From Candidatus Obscuribacterales bacterium (GTDB lineage: Bacteria; Cyanobacteriota; Vampirovibrionia; Obscuribacterales; Obscuribacteraceae), in the NCBI GenBank assembly GCA_965228855.1, contig CBDDIJ010000002.1:512001-576000 (forward strand): a DNA stretch of 64,000 nt. The letters run 5' to 3'. A program made the position numbers and the translations under genes. How positions within the stretch are numbered: position 1 is the first letter of the stretch; every line of letters begins with the position of its first letter. This document shows positions 51,099 through 59,259 of this stretch, piece by piece. The notes under the pieces are model-generated. The model ran no database searches. It saw only the letters and a list, made by a program, of their open reading frames with translations, and had not been told where the DNA came from.

Positions 51099-52037
51099 TT
51101 AGTGCAACTTTCCAAGCAACAGGGAGTATCCGAACTCGACAAAGGCAGTCGGGGAGTTGCTCGTGAGCCCGAAGCCGAACCGGGCACTTAGTTGCTGGTT
51201 GCGGCGAAAGCGATAGAGACCACCAGCATCTATGATCTGGTTTGACCTGGTAGACCTCTGAAAGTTTCCCACATATTCGATGAAGCAGTCGCCTTTCGGG
51301 CCCAGTTTTCGAATCAAATCACAGGTCGGCTGGTAAACGACATTTTTGTCTACCGATGGTACTTCGCCCTGATTCTGAGACTCTTCGGCTTCAGTTTTGA
51401 TAAAAACCGCATGCGCAGATCGGACGGTCCAGTTTTCTGAAAATTGTCGACCTGTAACAATCTGCACGAACGGGTCCACGGCGTTGCTCGTAAGACCATT
51501 GCTTCCTGTTGGCACAGTGAAACCTGGTATCACTGCCAGGTCGATTCTCTTGGGAAGCGGTCCCAATCTAATTTTTGCTCCAACGCTCATGTCCGCAACG
51601 CCCGACACCGCCGGATGCACGCCCTGGACAAGCAGGTAGTTAGGAACTGCAAATCGCAACTCCGCGCGGGGAAGCAAGCCGAGTCGCACATCAGTTTGCG
51701 GAATATTGAAGCTTCGCCCCCTCGATTCCTTGGTTAGCGCCAAGCCGTTTTCCGCTTGAATGTAGTTGGGTGGAACAGTAAACGGCGATGGCGTCACAGA
51801 CGGGCGATCAGTGTCTATCTCCGGACCCGGTGAACTCGTGGATGTCTGTGCACTCACACTCAACGCTGAAAACAACAGCAAACACAGTGACGCAGAAGAC
51901 GCTCGTTTAAAAATGGCACGCCACCAAGGGAAAGTCTCAAGACAGGAACATCTTAGTACCTGGCTCGAAAAAAATGCTGTTCCTGAACAACAAAATGTGA
52001 CTGTTTGAACGCAAACCGAAATCGGCTTTGGATTCAA
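51099..52037 (-). CDS. Putative outer-membrane beta-barrel 'transporter' (MetA-pathway/phenol-degradation-like family)
   Basis: IDTDRPS..SPFTVP...QAENG N-terminal motif, GVADMSVGAK, alternating beta-strand pattern; true start probably downstream of 52037. Confidence 0.7.
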   Translation of the reverse strand: MNPKPISVCVQTVTFCCSGTAFFSSQVLRCSCLETFPWWRAIFKRASSASLCLLLFSALSVSAQTSTSSPGPEIDTDRPSVTPSPFTVPPNYIQAENGLALTKESRGRSFNIPQTDVRLGLLPRAELRFAVPNYLLVQGVHPAVSGVADMSVGAKIRLGPLPKRIDLAVIPGFTVPTGSNGLTSNAVDPFVQIVTGRQFSENWTVRSAHAVFIKTEAEESQNQGEVPSVDKNVVYQPTCDLIRKLGPKGDCFIEYVGNFQRSTRSNQIIDAGGLYRFRRNQQLSARFGFGLTSNSPTAFVEFGYSLLLGKLH

Positions 52038-52385
52038 AACATCTGGAACTCACTCCTCTCCACTCTTTGAAAGAATTAGCGCTAGCAACACCAATTGGAT
52101 CTTACATAGATAGGTGCTCCAGCAAAGGGTTTTATTTGCGGAAACGAATTCAGCACGCGTACGGTGAAGACATCATCACTCAACAACCGAATCTCTGGAA
52201 TATCTCTCCCGCAGCCGCTTCTGTCTAGCCCACAACTTCTCCTCGACGCAGTTTCACTGTGACGGTGAGATCGGCAATGCACAGAATCGGCAGCAAACGC
52301 GTTCGAGAGCAGTCCCCGAAGATTCACGCCTCGTCCCAGTTTTGCCACTCGGTGGCAGGACATATTTTTCACACTGGAGGTTGCT

Positions 52386-53405
52386 ATGGCAACAACTTAC
52401 AGCGCCTCGTCTGCGGGGCGTGCACTGTATCGCGCCGCGTGGGAAGTTGTCGGTCAAAAGTTCTTCGACACCGAGAAGCTCGCTGATTGGTCGTCCTGGG
52501 AACACCGGTTCGACGAGCTCATCGATGGGGAGGAGACCGCGCTGCGTTTCATCGAGCAGATGCTGGCGTCGCTGGGGGACAGCTACACCAGGCTCGTCGG
52601 TTTCACCCTGAACAACGACACAGACGCGCAGCCCTCTTCCCCTGCCAGCCAAGACACGCAGCCGGCCTCTGCCGAAACTGACGCGTCCAAATCGACCAAC
52701 GATGTTCTGGTCAGGAAACTGTCCGGCAACATCGGCTACATCCGGATCTTCTCGTTCGAAAACCCGAGCATCGTTGAGCAAGTCACCCAGGGCGTGGAGG
52801 CTGTTCGCTCTTGCGACGCCTTCATCATCGACTTGCGCGACAACGGCGGCGGCAACGTCGACTGGGCATGCAGCTGCGCGGAATTCTTCGTCGCGAAGGG
52901 ACCGGTCGGCAGCATCGTGCGCAGGCTTCCGGACGGGAGAATGTGGCATCGCGATGTCGCTCTGTTCGACGAAGGAATGCTCTTCATCACGAAGGTGACC
53001 GGCGAGGAAGAGCGCATGGAAGGTTTCAGGCGTCGCGATCCCATCACCGTCGGCAAACCTGTCGTCGTGCTCATCAACGAGCATACCGGCAGCTCGGCGG
53101 AGATGATGGCTGCGGCGATCATTGAGAGCGACAAGGCAAGCGGTTTGGTGACAAGCATGGGCGCTCCGAGCTTCGGCAAGGGCATCGCTCAAGCCACCGT
53201 TTCGGTGCTGGACAAGGTCTCCATCCAGATCACCTGCGCTCGCTTCATGTCTCCGACCGATGTCTGGTTCGGCGACGCGCAGCAGACGGTTCGCAACCCT
53301 GTCGTGCCGGACGTTCTCGTGCCGGAAACCGCGGACGACGGTCCGAACGCGCAACTCTCAGCCGCCTTCAACTGGCTGAAGACCCGCATCCAGACCGCCG
53401 CCTGA
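52386..53405 (+). CDS. S41-family (CtpA/Prc-like) peptidase lacking PDZ domain and signal peptide
   Basis: MLASLGDSYT, IGYIRIFSF, IIDLRDNGGG, VLINEHTGSSAE (Ser), SFGKG (Lys), VVPDV; GGAGG RBS. Confidence 0.88.
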   Translation: MATTYSASSAGRALYRAAWEVVGQKFFDTEKLADWSSWEHRFDELIDGEETALRFIEQMLASLGDSYTRLVGFTLNNDTDAQPSSPASQDTQPASAETDASKSTNDVLVRKLSGNIGYIRIFSFENPSIVEQVTQGVEAVRSCDAFIIDLRDNGGGNVDWACSCAEFFVAKGPVGSIVRRLPDGRMWHRDVALFDEGMLFITKVTGEEERMEGFRRRDPITVGKPVVVLINEHTGSSAEMMAAAIIESDKASGLVTSMGAPSFGKGIAQATVSVLDKVSIQITCARFMSPTDVWFGDAQQTVRNPVVPDVLVPETADDGPNAQLSAAFNWLKTRIQTAA

Positions 53406-53409
53406 ACCG

Positions 53410-53450
53410 AGACAGGGGATGAACACAACCGTTCTTCCCCTGTCTTCTTC
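53410..53450 (+). terminator. Intrinsic terminator after the S41 peptidase gene
   Basis: agacagggga-t-gaac...gttc-t-tcccctgtct followed by tcttc. Confidence 0.7.
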
Positions 53451-53557
53451 CAAATCATGTCTACTATATGCCACCGTCTGTCACCAAGTCCCCGAGCGTC
53501 CATGCGCAGTGAATCTCGGGCATCGCGCAGTTTAGGCTTTCTACGAAAAACGCCTTT

Positions 53558-53609
53558 TGGCTATCCCACGATGCCGGATTTCGCCAAAAGCGTCATTCCA
53601 GGATAGACA
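53558..53609. repeat. 52-bp dyad element, copy 10 (identical to copy 8)
   Basis: tggcta-tcccacga-tgccg-gatttcgccaaaag-cgtca-ttccagga-tagaca; CTACTATA at 53461, TATAGTAG at 53688. Confidence 0.92.
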
Positions 53610-53696
53610 CGAGACCGTCCGCGCCTTGCCTCAATCCCCAAACCTCAATACGCGAGAGACTTTATAGCGATCATAGCTTTTATACGCTATAGTAGC

Positions 53697-53741
53697 CTTC
53701 CGGCAACCACTCTTCCGGCAATCGCTCTTCCGGCAATCACT
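53697..53741 (+). repeat. 15-bp tandem repeat, three copies
   Basis: cttccggcaaccact / cttccggcaatcgct / cttccggcaatcact. Confidence 0.85.
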
Positions 53742-54141
53742 CGTCCGCGCGGAGCGCGCCGAGAACAGATTCGATTCGCGCGAGGTTTACAATTCGCTCC
53801 TGGGCAAGCGCGTCTTCGCCGACCTCCTGAATGCGCTTCAGAAGCGACTCTTCGCACACCTCAAGCATGTCGGGCGCAATCAGTTTCGCCACCGTAAAGG
53901 TGCGACTGTTATTCTCCCGATCCTCTGGATCTGCCGAGCCGAGCAGCAGCAAGACGTTTCCATCCAGGTTCAATATCCCATCAATTATTCGATGCAAGTC
54001 GTAGCCCGAAGCTTCATCGCGCACGACGCAAAGCGCCGCGCCATCGCGTTTAAACTTATCGTCCAAGCGCAACTGATGCCCTGACATCGCAACAACCGAC
54101 CCAATCATCATGTAGTTGGCGAGCTGTATTTCTCGATTCAT
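53737..54141 (-). CDS. Hypothetical protein, candidate immunity/partner of the upstream large protein
   Basis: 134-aa acidic ORF starting 12 bp after the 54154 stop, with GGAG RBS. Confidence 0.72.
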   Translation of the reverse strand: MNREIQLANYMMIGSVVAMSGHQLRLDDKFKRDGAALCVVRDEASGYDLHRIIDGILNLDGNVLLLLGSADPEDRENNSRTFTVAKLIAPDMLEVCEESLLKRIQEVGEDALAQERIVNLARIESVLGALRADE

Positions 54142-54153
54142 CGAATCACTCCG

Positions 54154-56547
54154 TTATTTTCTCCAGATTATGGCAGGATCACACGGGTCCACACCGACCG
54201 CGCGGTAAAGAGCATACAAAGCCGGTCTCTCAACGAGCTGCCCAAAAGTGGTGCTCATCTCCGATTCAACCGCGTAGTAACCGGCTCCGTCCGAGCGCGA
54301 CTGCCCACCGCCCGACCTGAGCATCAGCCGATCACCCGCGCCATAAACCATCGTTCCTGGCTTCAGCCCTGTCTTTTGCTCGATTGCAGAAAGCATCGGC
54401 TGAGTCAGTTTAGAGCCAGGCGATAGCTTAAAACTCGCAACCAATCGCTGTTCCACAACCGCGTCCAACACTGGACCTTTGAACGAAACATTGTACATCG
54501 GATCAAAGTAGCGCCCCTCTTCGAATGTGTCACGGCTGACTGCAGCCCGCATGGAAAGCCCGCCCGCAACTTCGGTATTGCCCGTTTTAATCTCTTCCTT
54601 CAATCCAAGCCCCTTCGCATGCAGTATACCGTCAACTCGCTTCTGAACCTTGATCGCTTCCTCTGCGGTTTTCGTGTATATCGTAAACGCCTTGGCGCCC
54701 TGTCCAACTCCATCCGGCGCGACCACTCCGGGTCGTCCCTGCCCCTCCGTCGCGAAAGCGGGATCCATCCCTCTCCATTTCGCGACATACTTGAGCAACT
54801 CCGCATCCCGCATCAGCTCAGGGATCAACGCGCTCTGAACCCTCGCCAGATCCTCCGCCGACTCGGTCAAAACATGAACTTTTATCGGAGACGGCGCCTT
54901 GCCATCGCCCGGAGTGACGGCGTTAAACCAACCTTCCCATTTCATCATCTTCAGTTCATGTTGACCACACTTTAAAATACGAACGCAATCATCATTTGCT
55001 CTAACGCACTCATAGCCACTGTGAGCCAGTTTCGGAAGCTCTTGAACATCGCGCTGTTTGTACTTTTCCACGCGTCCTTCAGGAGCATCGCTTTTGGTTT
55101 TTAAACCTTCCGCGCCTTCCGCAGCCGTTTCGTGCTGTTTACCAGCCCCACCCTTGCCACCACCACTGGTGACAGCCTTTTCAACACCATGCGCTGCCGC
55201 AAAACCCAAACCGACCAACGTCGCATCAGCGAGTGGCTCCCCGAGATTATCTTCGGTAATCGCTTTTGCATGCGCAAATGTTTTCTCACTCGGATGACTA
55301 CAACAATCCTGAAGCGCCGGCAACGACTTCATCAAACCGTTGTATCCATCGGCTCCGACCTGACCGATTTCTTTTACCGCCAGCGCAAGACCACCGGCCT
55401 GCAATGCGCGCGCACCAAGTCGCGTCCACGGGTTCACGTTAGCAGCAAGCGTGCCGACAACCTTGCCAAACGCGACACCCATCGCGGTGCCCGAGGCAAG
55501 ATCGCCAATCGCGCCACCCTGAATGACCTTATGAAGAACCGCTTTCGATGCCCCGATCGCCGCACCATCCCCTAGCGCTGCGCCGGCAAGCATCAAACCA
55601 CGAACCGGATCCGGCATGTGACGCGTTTCGTTTAAAGTGCTCTTCGTCAGAGCCTCCTGATACTTTTCCAACGCCAGATCGCAAACCGCGAGATTTCTTA
55701 AATTCTGTTTTTCAAAATCAGTGAGTCCTTTTTCGCCCCGATTGACGCCATGCTTGTCGGTCGCCGACAGGTTCTTTCGGTAGAGTTCCTCTATCCGATG
55801 ATTGTCTGCCGGTGTCAGCCGCACTTCCACCATCTTCGGCAAAACCATTGGCGATGCCATGGATTTATAATCCGGCATCCACAAACTCGTATCCTGTTTA
55901 ATTAATCCAACCTTGTCACCACCCACGGTGTCATGCTCCACGGACCGATCCGACAGATGGTCGGAATGTTTCGCGGCGAGCAAGTTTCGTTCCATCTCGA
56001 CGATCTTGTCGCCGGCAGACTTATGTTTAGTTTCGCGCGTCTGCCCATCAGCTGTTTCAGATTTAATCGGCGTGCCGTGCTTCGCGGCGAGCCGCTCTCG
56101 CTCCATCTCGATAATCTTGTCACCAGCGGACTTGTGGGGCGCACTATGCCTAGCCTCACCCGTTGGCATTTTCAGCTCATCATCCCTCTGCAGACCAGCT
56201 GGCTTTTGCAGCTCATCACGCTTTTGCTCAGTAGCCGGTTCGGCTCTGCCAGGCGTACCGGGTTTCCCTTCAACCTGCGCGACCAACTTGGAGCGCCGCT
56301 TGCTTGCATCGTAAAACGTTTCGCCCGTGGTGCTGTCGTGCAGGATGAGCGGCTGTTCGGCCTTAACATGCAGCCCGAGCGCCTTCGTATCATGGCTCAG
56401 ACTCTCAAAATTCTCGCTATGCCTTTTCGCTTGCGTATCGCTCGAAATAGCTTCATTCGCGGTTTTCTGCGAGGTAGTCTGTTTGTGGTTGTCGGAAGCG
56501 TCGCGTTTCGCATCGATCGGTTTATGTTTCTCACGGTCCTGGGACAT
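54154..56547 (-). CDS. Large modular protein, putative polymorphic toxin/effector with a phosphothreonine-lyase-like C-terminal domain
   Basis: Charged disordered N-terminus with duplicated HKSAGDKIxEMERxxLAAKH, Gly/Ala-rich hydrophobic middle, C-terminal KVH...KWR...GAKAFTIY. The CDS is secure; the function is inferred. Confidence 0.7.
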   Translation of the reverse strand: MSQDREKHKPIDAKRDASDNHKQTTSQKTANEAISSDTQAKRHSENFESLSHDTKALGLHVKAEQPLILHDSTTGETFYDASKRRSKLVAQVEGKPGTPGRAEPATEQKRDELQKPAGLQRDDELKMPTGEARHSAPHKSAGDKIIEMERERLAAKHGTPIKSETADGQTRETKHKSAGDKIVEMERNLLAAKHSDHLSDRSVEHDTVGGDKVGLIKQDTSLWMPDYKSMASPMVLPKMVEVRLTPADNHRIEELYRKNLSATDKHGVNRGEKGLTDFEKQNLRNLAVCDLALEKYQEALTKSTLNETRHMPDPVRGLMLAGAALGDGAAIGASKAVLHKVIQGGAIGDLASGTAMGVAFGKVVGTLAANVNPWTRLGARALQAGGLALAVKEIGQVGADGYNGLMKSLPALQDCCSHPSEKTFAHAKAITEDNLGEPLADATLVGLGFAAAHGVEKAVTSGGGKGGAGKQHETAAEGAEGLKTKSDAPEGRVEKYKQRDVQELPKLAHSGYECVRANDDCVRILKCGQHELKMMKWEGWFNAVTPGDGKAPSPIKVHVLTESAEDLARVQSALIPELMRDAELLKYVAKWRGMDPAFATEGQGRPGVVAPDGVGQGAKAFTIYTKTAEEAIKVQKRVDGILHAKGLGLKEEIKTGNTEVAGGLSMRAAVSRDTFEEGRYFDPMYNVSFKGPVLDAVVEQRLVASFKLSPGSKLTQPMLSAIEQKTGLKPGTMVYGAGDRLMLRSGGGQSRSDGAGYYAVESEMSTTFGQLVERPALYALYRAVGVDPCDPAIIWRK

Positions 56548-56790
56548 GAAACAACCCCCACAAGCGCCGTACTAGAGCGGCCGATCCGAACACGTAAACG
56601 AGTTATACCCTCGCAAAACCATACCTGAACTCAGGGAAAACCATAAGAAAAACCAAAGCGCAAATGTGCAGGTTGCAAAACACAAATGCGCTCTGGTTTT
56701 CTTTCGGCGGAGGAGCGAAGCACTTTCCGACTTCGCTTTTACAGCTTCGGGGCGGACTCAGTTCGGGGAAACCCAGCCCGCCCCGCCGTT

Positions 56791-57570
56791 TTAAATCGAG
56801 ATTCCACCGTCGCAAGCAATCGTGTGGCCGGTCACCCAGCGACCTTCATCGGAGGCAAGGAAGAGGACGGCATCAGCGATATCTTCGGGAGTTCCTACTC
56901 TTCCCAGCGCGGTGCGCTCCGTCATGTGAGCCTTCGCCTCTTCAGGCACAGCGGCGTTGTACATATCGGTGGCAGTGGTACCAGGTGCGACACCATTGAC
57001 GGTAATCTTTCGCGGTCCCAACTCTTGAGCCCAAACACGTGTGAGTGTATCAAGAGCCGCTTTGGTCGCGGAATAGACACTAGCACCAGGGAACGTCATG
57101 CGAGCAACACCGGAAGAGATGTTGATAATGCGACCACCGTCGGGCATAGCCTTGAGCGCCGCGACGGTGTTGGCAAGAACACCCTTGATATTGACGTCGA
57201 ACACTCGCTCGTAATGCTCCAATGTGATTTCGGTCACGGGAGCACCTTCAAAGACACCTGCGTTATTCACCAGAATGTCGACTCGGCCGAATCGCTTAAC
57301 CACAGCTTCCACGAGATCATCGCTTTCCTTTTGCGAGGATGCGTTTGCCTGGATTGCCAGACCTTCGGTTCCCAGCGAACCAATACGCTCGACAATGCTA
57401 TCGGCCGGTCCCTTGCTTTTCTGATAACTGATCGCTACCTTGGCGCCTTCTTGCGCCAACTTCAATGCGATCGCAGCGCCGATACCGCGGGAGCCACCAG
57501 TCACGAGAGCAACTTTTCCCTCTAAACGCTTGAGTCCTACATTTTCTTCCGTTACTTGTGCCGTTGGCAT
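56791..57570 (-). CDS. Short-chain dehydrogenase/reductase (classical SDR)
   Basis: TGGSRGIG, NNAG, NISS, YSATK, VNGVAPG. Confidence 0.95.
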   Translation of the reverse strand: MPTAQVTEENVGLKRLEGKVALVTGGSRGIGAAIALKLAQEGAKVAISYQKSKGPADSIVERIGSLGTEGLAIQANASSQKESDDLVEAVVKRFGRVDILVNNAGVFEGAPVTEITLEHYERVFDVNIKGVLANTVAALKAMPDGGRIINISSGVARMTFPGASVYSATKAALDTLTRVWAQELGPRKITVNGVAPGTTATDMYNAAVPEEAKAHMTERTALGRVGTPEDIADAVLFLASDEGRWVTGHTIACDGGISI

Positions 57571-57613
57571 GAGAATCTCCTTGTTTTTGGAATGGTTTTT
57601 AAGGATACCGAGT

Positions 57614-58054
57614 TTAAGCGACGGCTGTTTCCAGGCAGCGTTCGCTTAAACGAGAGAGTGTCTGTTCGGCGCGCAGCGCCACATAGGGGTTTTCATCAGC
57701 TGCAAGTGTTTCCAAAATGCAAGGTGATAAAAGTGGATTTTCGGCTAAACCGAATCTAACGTCGGCACTATCACTGGTGGCAAGTTGCTTGAGAAACATG
57801 CGAGGCAGGGATGGGTTGTACGATAAACTCAGCCTGACATCAGCGTTTTCATCCTCCAGTAATCGAAGGAGAACGCTTGTCGGCGTTGAGGCATTTTCCG
57901 CGACACGCGCCCTTACGGCCGGGTCGTTTGACTTTGACAATTCACTTAGTAGCAACGCCGTCAATTGGGTGTCGCCGGCAATAAGATATTGGACACTGAC
58001 CGGTGCCGAACTGCGTTTAGTTTTCCATTGTAAATCCTGATTCGAAATGCACAT
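57614..58054 (-). CDS. Leucine-rich-variant (LRV)/HEAT-repeat protein
   Basis: Repeats of VRARVAENASTP, VRLSLSYNPSLP and VRFGLAENPLLS. Confidence 0.8.
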   Translation of the reverse strand: MCISNQDLQWKTKRSSAPVSVQYLIAGDTQLTALLLSELSKSNDPAVRARVAENASTPTSVLLRLLEDENADVRLSLSYNPSLPRMFLKQLATSDSADVRFGLAENPLLSPCILETLAADENPYVALRAEQTLSRLSERCLETAVA

Positions 58055-58167
58055 TTTCCGATAACCTCGAACATATCATTAGACCGGTCTATTAGTTTCA
58101 TTTCAAAGAACTGGAACCGGTTTCATTAGCCAGTGCTGCAATCCAACCGAGCAGCAACAGTCCCCAT

Positions 58168-58187
58168 AATAGACCGGTCGGTCTATT
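58168..58187. promoter_or_regulatory. TetR-family (NemR-box-like) operator
   Basis: aatagacc-ggtc-ggtctatt contains TAGACC-N4-GGTCTA; a related spacer-less tagaccggtcta lies at 58080-58091. Confidence 0.6.
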
Positions 58188-58351
58188 CCTGTCAACTGCC
58201 CCAAAATTCGCTCATCAAAGATTGGCAATTCTAATGCCGAAGCATGCTACGGGAAAAATTACGTGAACATTGCAGGTTTTGCTCTGCAAAAAAGTTTCGA
58301 TTGGACGAACCATAACCTATTAAAATAGAGAGGCTACCCGGAGGTTCTCCG

Positions 58352-59251
58352 ATGAACATTCTTGTGAGCGGCTCTCGCGGCCTGCTCGGATCCGAACTGA
58401 TCCCTCGACTGAAAGCACGCGGTCATCAAGTGCGCCGCCTGGTGCGCTCTTCGAAGGATGCAAATCCGTCTGACTTTCTATGGGACCCTGCGACGGGCGA
58501 ACTTCAGGGGGAATTGAAAAACATCGAAGGCATCATTCACCTGGCTGGCGAAAGCATTGCCTCCAGCCGCTGGAATGACGCGAAGAAAAAGCAGATACGC
58601 GACAGTCGCATAAAGGGAACTACCTTCATAAGCGAAACAGCCGCGGCAATCCGACCGCTCCCCAGGGTGTTGCTCTGCGCATCGGCAATTGGATTTTATG
58701 GAGACCGAGGCAGTGAGACCCTTGACGAAAACAGCAGCAATGGCAGCGGCTTTCTCGCCGAACTCTGCAGGGATTGGGAAACAGCTACCAATCCGGCTCG
58801 GGATGCCGGCATCCGCGTAGTCAATCTTAGAATCGGTGTTGCTCTTTCACCAAAAGGTGGCGCCCTCGGGAAAATGCTGCTCCCCTTTCAACTTGGTGCT
58901 GGCGGAATTATTGGAAGCGGCAAGCAGGAAATGAGCTGGATAGCAATTGATGATGTGGCCGATGCGATGGTGCACTGCGTTGAGAATGAAACCATCTCCG
59001 GTCCCGTAAATCTGACTGCACCAAATCCGGTATCGAACAAAGAATTCACTCGCGCGATGGGTGCCGTGCTCGGTCGACCGACGCTGTTTCCAATGCCTGA
59101 CTTCGCTGCGCGTCTAGCGTTTGGCGAAATGGCAGATGAGCTATTGCTTTCAAGCGCCAAGGTTTTGCCTAAGAAACTTCAAGCAAGCGGTTTCCAGTTC
59201 GGCTATCCGGACATTGAAGGTGCACTGCGCCACGTGATTAACAAGAAATAG
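58352..59251 (+). CDS. TIGR01777-family NAD-dependent epimerase/oxidoreductase (YfcH-like)
   Basis: SGSRGLLGS, HLAGESIA..RW, SAIGFYG, WE, GSGKQEMSWI, GPVNLTAPNPV. Confidence 0.93.
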   Translation: MNILVSGSRGLLGSELIPRLKARGHQVRRLVRSSKDANPSDFLWDPATGELQGELKNIEGIIHLAGESIASSRWNDAKKKQIRDSRIKGTTFISETAAAIRPLPRVLLCASAIGFYGDRGSETLDENSSNGSGFLAELCRDWETATNPARDAGIRVVNLRIGVALSPKGGALGKMLLPFQLGAGGIIGSGKQEMSWIAIDDVADAMVHCVENETISGPVNLTAPNPVSNKEFTRAMGAVLGRPTLFPMPDFAARLAFGEMADELLLSSAKVLPKKLQASGFQFGYPDIEGALRHVINKK

Positions 59252-59259
59252 AGGGAAGC

